A stretch of DNA of 64,000 bases, from IMG/VR virus record IMGVR_UViG_3300045118_000047, positions 6,779 to 70,778 of that record, one strand, 5' to 3'. The notes beneath the pieces were generated by a model. It ran no database searches and had not been told where the DNA came from. It was given only the letters and a program-made list of their open reading frames with translations. Within the stretch, counting starts at the first letter, position 1. Each line of letters opens with the position of its first letter. This DNA is from a virus. This document shows, one piece after another, positions 40,891 to 47,910 of the stretch. Both the position numbers and the translations under genes were made by a program.

Positions 40891-41637
40891 GTGATGGACG
40901 ATTATCGGGTGCGGTGTGTCGCCGAAGCGGTAGCCGTCGCTGCCTATCCTAGACTGAAGCTGGAGCGGACGATTTCCACGTCTCCGCAGGTGATTCAGGT
41001 CTGGACAGTTGATGGCGAGCATATTCGGACATACATGGACGAAGAGTTCACCAACTTCGGCCAGCATTACCGTTTCCCATTCATCCCAGAGTTCGAGTTC
41101 TGGATTGACAAAGAAGGCTCGTGTGATGAGCTGGGTTATTTCGTCGAACATCTAAAGGTTGAATGGGGATTGATGCGGGATGGCAAGAGTTACAGCGAAG
41201 CCATCATAGAAGCAGATAGGGTTGAGCGAGACTTGCGGCGAAAGGATGGCGACATCAAGCGGCTGATCGATCCCGTGCGCAGAGTGGTGGACCCCAAGCT
41301 CGTCAGAAAGAAGCTGCTAAAGACGCTGGAAAACGGGGTAAAGGTCTGGCTGGTTAACGGGTGTCTTGTTCGTAGCGTTTTCAACATTGACTTCACACAC
41401 GGCGGACACGAGTACGTTTACGAGTTCGTTCCACCAATGGATGTGTGGATCGATGATGACCTGAGCTGGGAAGAGCGCGGGTTGGTGATCCTGCATGAGC
41501 TTCACGAGCGAAACCAGATGGAGAAAGGGATGCCGTATTCCAAAGCACACGCCGAGTCGAGCGCCTTGGAGCTTCATTGTCGGCATTCCCCGGATGAGTT
41601 GCATGATGCACTTTCAGTAGAAGGGTGGTCAGCATGA
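40891..41637 (+). CDS. hypothetical protein with internally duplicated zincin-like domain
   Basis: Two repeats VW.V.G..(I/V)R...FT..G.H...F(I/V)P...WID; HELHE. Confidence 0.65.
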   Translation: MMDDYRVRCVAEAVAVAAYPRLKLERTISTSPQVIQVWTVDGEHIRTYMDEEFTNFGQHYRFPFIPEFEFWIDKEGSCDELGYFVEHLKVEWGLMRDGKSYSEAIIEADRVERDLRRKDGDIKRLIDPVRRVVDPKLVRKKLLKTLENGVKVWLVNGCLVRSVFNIDFTHGGHEYVYEFVPPMDVWIDDDLSWEERGLVILHELHERNQMEKGMPYSKAHAESSALELHCRHSPDELHDALSVEGWSA

Positions 41638-42118
41638 ATGACAGGATAGCGTCGCAAGAGCTTGTTGGCGTGGCGAGAAGCCTAGTGGCAGACAGTAAAG
41701 AGATCGTTGAGAAAGGAATTGCGGCAGCCATCAGTGCTCTCAACTATCTGCCGGTGACGTATGCTTTTCCCGATCCCGAAGATGGTCGTATTGCCAAGGC
41801 GAAGATGGTCGTATTGCCAAGGCGAAGGTGCAGGAAGCTGTGGACATATTGGATGCTGTGTTGTCCAGCCTTCCGACTCCTGTAATTTACAACGTCTATG
41901 GGCTTGGCAGTGGTGTTTTATCGTTCGACGATGCGTCTAAGCTCGTTGCCGCGATGAGATCAAAGGGGATTCGTCAAACTGGTGTTGATCGGTCGGGAGC
42001 CATTCGTCGAGAGCTTCAGGGTCAACCTACTTTCGATAAGCTGGCTGGGCCGATGTATGATGGTCCCAAGAAGGTGCGTTACGAAACTTGGGAGCTGAAC
42101 GAGCGTCTTTCTGTGTAG
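41634..42118 (+). pseudogene. tagged hypothetical gene split by a 23-bp tandem duplication
   Basis: Removing one CGAAGATGGTCGTATTGCCAAGG unit fuses the 41634 and 41828 frames. Confidence 0.7.
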
Positions 42119-42126
42119 GAGCCGTG

Positions 42127-42945
42127 ATGCCGGATCAAGACACAGCATCGAAAATAATCCCTGTTCCCGGCATGGACCGCTCCAAGCTGTTCCGAGTTGC
42201 ACGGGAGATGCTTGGCATGGCCCGCGAGATGATCGGGGCCGTGGTAAAGGAGAAGTGGGAGCCGCCAGAAGGAAAACGAAAGTCGTGGCGGAAAAAGCTC
42301 CCGGACGGAACGTATGAGTATCGAGATACGCCGCCGGAAGACCAGCAGCCCAAGAAACCAGATGAGCAGGGCAAAAAGGTGCAGTACAAGATGCACCTTC
42401 GTCTGGATAAGCCGAAGCTGAAGGAAACCCTTTCTCACGGTCACTTTTCCATCATCTCTGCTGGGCGCAACCCGAATGATCCGCATGAAGCCGCCATGTC
42501 TCCCGATGCCGAGTTCTTTCATCATAGACATGAGAATTTGCGCGGGGAGTTGGAGAGACGCGGGCTGCGATATACCGAAGTGGTCGGGCATTATGGCGGC
42601 AAGGAGTCGAGCTTTTTGGTGTTCCATGATGACACTGAGCTAACGCCAAAAACTCAGAAGTCGGTCATCGTTCATCACCGGGACAAGGACGAGTCCGACC
42701 GTAACCGCAAGGTCATCGAAGAGATTGGTCACAAGTTCAATCAGGACAGCGTGCTCCACGGGGCAGAAGGACGGAACGAGATTGTCTTCACAACAGGCAA
42801 GAAAGTCGGCAAAACCTGTGGTGGAAAGGGCTGGAAGGAAGTGCCGGACGCCAAGGACTTCTACACCGATATTAAGCTCGAAGGGAAGCAGCACACGAAG
42901 TTCAATCTGGACATCCATGAGTGTTTCGAGAAGGGGCTACTATGA
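42127..42945 (+). CDS. DUF3293-like protein with tag
   Basis: FSIISAGRNP, GHYGGKESSFLV, GHKFNQDSVL; RVAREMLGMAREMI. Confidence 0.55.
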   Translation: MPDQDTASKIIPVPGMDRSKLFRVAREMLGMAREMIGAVVKEKWEPPEGKRKSWRKKLPDGTYEYRDTPPEDQQPKKPDEQGKKVQYKMHLRLDKPKLKETLSHGHFSIISAGRNPNDPHEAAMSPDAEFFHHRHENLRGELERRGLRYTEVVGHYGGKESSFLVFHDDTELTPKTQKSVIVHHRDKDESDRNRKVIEEIGHKFNQDSVLHGAEGRNEIVFTTGKKVGKTCGGKGWKEVPDAKDFYTDIKLEGKQHTKFNLDIHECFEKGLL

Positions 42946-43271
42946 ACAAGATGAAGGCAGCACGCGATCTATTGGATGTTGCAAGGAGCTTGGCGGCGGC
43001 TCCTGAAGAGAAGGCAACTGCGTTCCAGCGTGACGGGGACGGTTTCGTGACGGTATCGTTCCGGGTGAAGGGAGATGCCCTGCATTCTTTCTTGAAACTC
43101 CTGAAGCAGTGCGAGTATATGGGCAGCGTGGGACATACCTTCAAGATCGTGATCGATCCCGAAGGCGGGAAAGACCGGAAGCGGGAAGTCGGGTTCGACG
43201 GTGACGGAGCTGACCGGGTGAAAGACATCTTGGTCAATGGCGATCTGTTGCCGGAAAAATTCGAGTGGTAG
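42942..43271 (+). CDS. hypothetical protein with tag
   Basis: AARDLLDVARSL. Confidence 0.6.
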   Translation: MNKMKAARDLLDVARSLAAAPEEKATAFQRDGDGFVTVSFRVKGDALHSFLKLLKQCEYMGSVGHTFKIVIDPEGGKDRKREVGFDGDGADRVKDILVNGDLLPEKFEW

Positions 43272-43630
43272 GAGATACATCATGCGGATCAGAAATATGT
43301 TGTCTGTCCTAGCTGACTCGGTATCGGGTAGCAAAGTGTATTGGATGAAGGGTAGGGATGGCCATCTGTCTGTTTGTGCCAGCGTATCTGGTAAAACAGA
43401 GCAGGCTGAAGGGGAAGGGTCCAAACATCTTGCCGCCAGAGCAGAACGACTGGTTGTATCTGGGGCAAGGAAAGCGCGTCTTGCGTCGATAGAGACTGGC
43501 GTTTTGATGGGTGGGGATGGGAACGGAAGGATTGTGGCTACTGCTATTGCCGACATCCCGCCAATGCCGGGCATTGAGTCTCGGTTGGTGGGTGCCGGAA
43601 TAGCACAGCTCCGATAGGCTGAAATTTTTC

Positions 43631-43660
43631 TGGAAAACATTTCAGTCACAGGAGTATAGT
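43631..43660 (+). promoter_or_regulatory. sigma70-like promoter TGGAAA-N18-TATAGT
   Basis: Resembles the 47488 promoter; precedes structured RNA A. Confidence 0.45.
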
Positions 43661-43686
43661 ATCTTTGTTGCGTGAAGCACGCTTCA

Positions 43687-43889
43687 GAGAAGGGATACTT
43701 CAGCTAACGGTTCTAAGGTAGCTCAGGTCCAAGCCATCCGAATGGATGCTATGTTCGGAATGGACGACACAGCGAGTAGCGACAGAGTGGCATCTGTCTG
43801 AGAACGGGGAGACCCGGCGCTACGTTTCAGCGGCCATAGCCAGCGCAAGCTGGTTTGGTGCGGAAAGCCATTCAAGAAAGGCCCTTTTC
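43687..43889 (+). ncRNA. unassigned structured RNA A with a 23S H69-H71-like segment
   Basis: Closing helix GAGAAGGG/CCCTTTTC, several hairpins, TAACGGTTCTAAGGTAGC at 43705-43722. Confidence 0.55.
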
Positions 43890-43929
43890 GATTATCGGTG
43901 CCAACGCACTTTCATCTAGGGATGGGAAT

Positions 43930-44451
43930 ATGAGTCAAACAAGACAGCAGCGGAAGCAGCAGCAAAAGCGCGTCAATCGCCAGAAGAAGATCAGAAAGCT
44001 CCACAACATCCAGCGCAACTTGGCCGAGCAAAGATTTCGTCTGGATGTCGAGCTGAATGGAGAGTGGCGGATTGGGGTCAAGCATTGGCGTCACATCAGC
44101 TTGATCGAGAAGCACCGTGACGAAACGGAGCGGCTGCGCAGGGCTGGTCAGGAGATTGTTGCCGGTCGGGTGGTGGACCTGATGACCGGAAAGATTATCT
44201 TGAAGATCGAAGCATCGAAGCCGAAGGGCGCGGCTCCTGATAAGATCGCGGATGGCGTTCGGGCGGCGGATTTCAGCGCGAACATCGGAGAAGGCGAAGG
44301 TCAGCAAGTTGGAAGCAAGGGACCTGAGCCGGTAAACTCGGAAGAACAGCAGAGCCAAGGACCTGCCGGGATCGTGGAGTCGGAGCAGAAGCCGGAAGGT
44401 CCGAAGGGGCCAGTGCAAAAGTTCTTCCGTATTCTGGGTGGTCGTCGGTAA
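43930..44451 (+). CDS. basic protein with Arg/Gln/Lys-rich N-terminus, putative RNA-binding
   Basis: MSQTRQQRKQQQKRVNRQKKIRK; the only convincing ORF inside the RNA island. Confidence 0.6.
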   Translation: MSQTRQQRKQQQKRVNRQKKIRKLHNIQRNLAEQRFRLDVELNGEWRIGVKHWRHISLIEKHRDETERLRRAGQEIVAGRVVDLMTGKIILKIEASKPKGAAPDKIADGVRAADFSANIGEGEGQQVGSKGPEPVNSEEQQSQGPAGIVESEQKPEGPKGPVQKFFRILGGRR

Positions 44452-44453
44452 TG
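44427..44453 (+). promoter_or_regulatory. CCGTAT-N15-GTAATG promoter
   Basis: One mismatch to the motif; upstream of RNA B. Confidence 0.6.
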
Positions 44454-44557
44454 TGGTTTTGACCGGGCGATGTGAAAAGCAAGCCGAGTCATTCCCTTAG
44501 CGGGGAAGAAGACAGGGGAAGCGTAGCGTCGGAGAGTGGGTTAGCGCCCATCCCGGT

Positions 44558-44569
44558 TGTTCTTTGAAA
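44558..44569 (+). promoter_or_regulatory. boxA-like antitermination element
   Basis: TGTTCTTTGAAA directly before RNA B. Confidence 0.65.
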
Positions 44570-44570
44570 T

Positions 44571-44854
44571 GAAAAGTCTGTAAAGTAGCTCGTCCATCCG
44601 ACTGACGACGTGTCGGACAGCGGGTGAAAATCAGGAACGGAAAGAAAGCCGTTCACGGTAGGCCGGAGTGGTAACACGCTTCGGCGGACATCCTGCCGTC
44701 AATAGTAGGATGCTGCTGCTCCCGTCCGAAAGGATCAGGAGAGACACGGGGCTGACATCGGGTAACACCTAGATGGCACAGGCTCGTAGGCCAAGACGGA
44801 ATACCGAAAGGTATGCCTGCCCGATGAAAGAAAGGACAGACCGACAGACTTTTC
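44571..44854 (+). ncRNA. unassigned structured RNA B
   Basis: 11-bp closing helix GAAAAGTCTGT/ACAGACTTTTC; GAAA and GTAACA-capped hairpins; no + strand ORF. Confidence 0.7.
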
Positions 44855-44855
44855 T

Positions 44856-44882
44856 CCATATCGCCGGAGACATCTGGTAATG
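44856..44882 (+). promoter_or_regulatory. CCATAT-N15-GTAATG promoter
   Basis: Exact motif upstream of the GAC-mimic RNA. Confidence 0.75.
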
Positions 44883-44888
44883 TGGGTG

Positions 44889-44900
44889 TGTTCTTTGACA
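44889..44900 (+). promoter_or_regulatory. boxA-like element
   Basis: TGTTCTTTGACA. Confidence 0.7.
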
Positions 44901-45305
44901 GAATAGGCAGGGGAATGTTGGCTTAGAAGCAGCCAGATAGAAATATCAGTTTTCTCTTGCTGGCGTGATTGCCATAGAATACAAGGGGGAACTCATCTAA
45001 GGAGTGAATCGCTGAGCATTGCTCCGTGAGTGTCATGGGGAAACCTGACTACTCGGAGTAACGCAATAGGGATTGGGCAGGCCGGACGGAACCGGATGTC
45101 TGGACATACGTTGGGTGAAAACCCAACTAGCACCCTTCTCGCAAGGAAGGAGAGGACGCCAGAGTGTACTGCCCTATTGTGCGGCAAAGGAGGTTGCGGC
45201 TCCCGTGTGGGTGAATAGTCTTTCGTGTGGTAGAAGCATAACCCGCAAGGCCATACTCAATCGCATGGTGGATTCTTTGGCGTAATAGCACACCTTTGCT
45301 TGTTC
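44901..45305 (+). ncRNA. structured RNA containing a split 23S rRNA GTPase-associated-centre (H43/H44, uL11-binding) domain
   Basis: 13-bp closing helix; blocks ATGTTGGCTTAGAAGCAGCCA, CATCTAAGGAGTG and GCGTAATAGCACAC in rRNA order. Confidence 0.8.
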
Positions 45306-45308
45306 TGT

Positions 45309-45320
45309 TGTTCTTTGACA
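45309..45320 (+). promoter_or_regulatory. boxA-like element
   Basis: TGTTCTTTGACA. Confidence 0.7.
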
Positions 45321-45325
45321 TTTTG

Positions 45326-45792
45326 ACTGGCAGCGGTACGGCACTAGGAACGTACTTGCGCATTAAAGTCCCAGTGCGCGACAATAGCCACGGTAGGGTT
45401 AGAAGCCCGATGTGGTCGCCGTTGAAAACAACGGCAGCGTGAGTCTGAGACCGTAAAGACGGTGAGTTCAACGCGAACCTGACGAGCTTCGTCTGCCTTT
45501 CCAGACTACGGTCATATACATGCCCCCGCAAAGGAGCTAACGGGGTCCCGTAAAGGACGCCGGGACGATGGCCGCAAGTGGGAAGGAGAAACAGACGAGT
45601 GGCGGGGAGAGTGGCGACAAGGCATTCCTTCAGGCTGGGCGCATTAAAAATTCCGTGGGCACGGATATATGCCTTGGGCAAAAATTGTTTCTGCTGTTTG
45701 ATCCCGAAACGTAGAAGCAGTCAGTAGTGGCGAGCGAACACTGTGGAGAATCGGGGTAGGCAAGTGTGTCGGTGAGAATCCGGCCTGCCAGT
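45326..45792 (+). ncRNA. unassigned structured RNA C with a 23S H13-like module
   Basis: Closing helix ACTGGCAG/CTGCCAGT; CAGT-C-AGTAGTGGCGAGCGAA-C-ACTG at 45718-45743. Confidence 0.7.
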
Positions 45793-45874
45793 TTTCGTCC
45801 AGATGATGTGACTTGCGGCGCACAAGGGTCCTGTGGTAGAGTGTTCTGGACCATTGCACCGTAAACTTTTTGAT

Positions 45875-45951
45875 CGCGGGAGGGAAGGCCGTGGTGGTCT
45901 CGTGGGGTTCATAACCCTATAAGTCGGGTTCGAGTCCCGGTCCCGCTACCA
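45875..45951 (+). tRNA. tRNA-Met(CAT), initiator-like with atypical D arm
   Basis: Acceptor CGCGGGA/TCCCGCT-A-CCA, anticodon arm TGGGG-TTCATAA-CCCTA, T loop TTCGAGT. Confidence 0.85.
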
Positions 45952-46081
45952 ATTTGAAGATGCGTTCGCCTGTCGCACGGGCCTGTGATGGGTCGTCAAA
46001 CAAGGCATGTCGAGCGTGAGACATGTCATCAGTGAATGGGGAAGGCGCATCTCGCAGAAGACGTGGAGCAGGAAATCGATT

Positions 46082-46462
46082 ACCGGCAAACCTGCTCTTC
46101 GTAATGCGGCAAGGCGGTTCTAAGCCCGCCTGTGGGCAAGCGTACTGTTGGGCCGGAAGGCAGGCATGTCGTCGGAACTCAGCAGATGGTAGAATAGGCC
46201 GCTAATAGCTCACGAAGGTTCGGTCAACGCCACGACGAAGGCGCTAGTCATAAGGTTGGCGGTAGCCGGGCTGCTTGGATGGTGGAGTCGGCGGTGGAAA
46301 CATCGCCCCCAAAAGAACCGCTTGCGGGAACCCTGAGCCGCAGTGATCTGTGGCTGGCTCTGAAGGGCTGCGGGAATGAACCTACCGCTACTACGCGCAG
46401 CGAAAGCTGCTAGGGACTTGTCGGCCCAAATGAACCAACCGGCAAGGGTCGGGTTTGCTGGT
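46082..46462 (+). ncRNA. unassigned structured RNA D
   Basis: 13-bp closing helix ACCGGCAAACCTG/CGGGTTTGCTGGT; nested TTGGGCCG/CGGCCCAA and GGCGGTAG/CTACCGCT helices; GNRA hairpins. Confidence 0.6.
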
Positions 46463-46509
46463 CTGGCTGTGAAATCTTCGCCCGGATGGAGCCAGACCAG
46501 CAACAATTT

Positions 46510-46536
46510 CCATATTGATGACAGACTGTGGTAATG
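46510..46536 (+). promoter_or_regulatory. CCATAT-N15-GTAATG promoter
   Basis: Exact motif upstream of the tmRNA. Confidence 0.75.
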
Positions 46537-46620
46537 TGGTCGCATGAACGGATAGATGGGCATCGGTATTCCGTTCATTGAAGCGGGTTGCCTAGCCGCC
46601 GAAAGGTAGGAGCGATGTCT

Positions 46621-46632
46621 TGTTCTTTGACA
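46621..46632 (+). promoter_or_regulatory. boxA-like element
   Basis: TGTTCTTTGACA, one base before the tmRNA 5' end. Confidence 0.7.
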
Positions 46633-46633
46633 T

Positions 46634-47465
46634 GGGCGCGATACGGTTTCGACGGGTGAAGTTGAAATCGAGCGACACGCCGAGTAATGTCTGGTTGGAC
46701 TCGTTAATCTATCCCAGACGACAACACAAACGCCAAGAGAACTCTTGGTAAGGTGATTCGCGGTGTCTTCGGTGCTGCTGATGAAGCGGTGCCGATGCTC
46801 GCGGCTGCGTAAGCAGCCCACCGTCACGGTGTAAGACTACGTGAACCGCCGTGGCTCAAAGCACGTGGTTGACAGCTTGGAAAGACAGCGATACCGGAGC
46901 TGGTCATTCCGGGGAAGGATGGACCAAAGTTGCCGGTTGACAACCGGATAGACCAAGCCCGTGGTCGAGAATATCGGGCGAAGCGTGTGTATGTTCGGCG
47001 TAGACTCATTCGGACGGGAGTTCAATCCAAAGGTTGCCTTGCTTGGCGACAAGCAAGGAAAAGAGTGCTCAAACGGTGAACGCTAAATCCGTAAGGATAT
47101 GCCAACGCCGTCGAGTGGGCTGGAAACAGCGAAGCTCGCTAGAGACTTATAGGCACCTTCAACCAAAGCTGGTTATGGTGTACTAGGATGGAAGAATCTT
47201 TCTCGAATCTGAGTTTGGCTTCGCGCATGGCGGCGGTGTATTTCCCGTTCCGTGGAGTAACCTTGTGGTAAACATGGGCGAGAAGGAACGCCGAGTCAGG
47301 AAGATCGTTCCTTCGCCATCGATGATGCCGGTCAGATAACCGAGATCGAATTTTTTCATAAATGCACTCCTTCTGGATGTAGGTTATACCTACAGCATGT
47401 CCAGAAGAAGGAATAGTCCAGACCATTACGAAAGTAAAGGATAATCTGTCTCCCCGCGTCCACCA
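46634..47465 (+). ncRNA. ssrA: tmRNA interrupted by a group I intron; exons 46634-47026 and 47449-47465
   Basis: 5' GGGCGCGATACGGTTTCGAC; acceptor GGGCGCG/CGCGTCC-ACCA with G3:U; tag ORF 46732-46812 AKRTLGKVIRGVFGAADEAVPMLAAA*; spliced T arm GGGAG-TTCAATT-CTCCC. Confidence 0.92.
47027..47448 (+). mobile_element. group I intron (422 nt) in the tmRNA T loop; no endonuclease ORF
   Basis: P1 CAAT/GTTG with U:G at the splice site; R-like TAGAGACTTA and S-like AAGGAATAGTCC; terminal G. Confidence 0.88.
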
Positions 47466-47487
47466 ATTTCAAGGTCACGAAAAATAG

Positions 47488-47517
47488 TTGCAAACAATTT
47501 CGTGGCGTGAGTATAGT
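47488..47517 (+). promoter_or_regulatory. sigma70-like promoter TTGCAA-N18-TATAGT
   Basis: Near-consensus hexamers upstream of RNA E and a tRNA. Confidence 0.55.
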
Positions 47518-47563
47518 GTAGTGAAAGTGAACGAAGTCAGGCTCACTTCAGTTCTGGGTTACT

Positions 47564-47829
47564 TCATAAAGCAACCAGAAGTCTCCGGCGGCGACAAGGA
47601 TCGCCGTTAGTAGGAGAATGACGGCCTGCAAAGACAGGATGGAGTTCAGGGAAGACTGGATGGCAGCATGGGAAGACATGCAAATGGCAGCTCGGAAAGA
47701 CGGCTTTCCCGGAGCGCATATCGGAGCTTGATGTAGTTCTGTGAGTGTTGAAGTATGGCACGCTTCAGTTTGGGGTTACTTCTGCCTTTCATAGAAATAC
47801 CCCAGACGGTCATCGGTGTCGGCTTTTGA
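47564..47829 (+). ncRNA. unassigned structured RNA E with four tandem NNAAGA-loop hairpins
   Basis: CCTG-CAAAGA-CAGG, TTCAG-GGAAGA-CTGGA, GCATG-GGAAGA-CATGC, GCTCG-GAAAGA-CGGC with ATGG(C)A linkers. Confidence 0.55.
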
Positions 47830-47830
47830 T

Positions 47831-47907
47831 TGCGGGGTGGAGCAGCCCGGTAGCTCGGCTGGCTCATAACCAGCAGGTCGTTGGTTCAAATCCAACTCCC
47901 GCAACCA
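47831..47907 (+). tRNA. tRNA-Met(CAT) with fMet-like body
   Basis: TGCGGGGTGGAGCAGCCCGGTAGCTCG...CTCATAA...GGTTCAAATCC...CGCAACCA. Confidence 0.92.
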
Positions 47908-47910
47908 CAG

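Noticed and set aside
44571-45792. RNase P RNA identity for RNA B or C
   Set aside because: No GAGGAAAGTCC (CR I) and no CR V ACAGAA...GGCTTA in the right context
46148-46168. SRP RNA helix 8 (GCC-GGAA-GGC)
   Set aside because: Lacks the conserved CAGG/AGCAG internal loop
43687-46462. A true or fragmented 23S rRNA gene
   Set aside because: Only isolated modules, not in rRNA order (H69-71, then GAC, then H13); no peptidyl-transferase ring, sarcin-ricin loop or 16S found
46455-46503. Y RNA Ro-binding stem (GCTGGTC/GACCAGC)
   Set aside because: Perfect helix without the bulged C or a tRNA-like domain; no Y RNA could be identified by eye
45243-47824. Short resemblances to 16S h27 (CCGCAAGG..ACTCAA) and the 23S PTC (CGTGAGACA, TCGGTGTCGGCT)
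   Set aside because: Too short and without the rRNA pairing context; expected by chance
44489-47867. Short ORFs inside the RNA island and the intron
   Set aside because: No convincing RBS or protein motifs; they overlap structured RNAs; no homing-endonuclease motif in the intron
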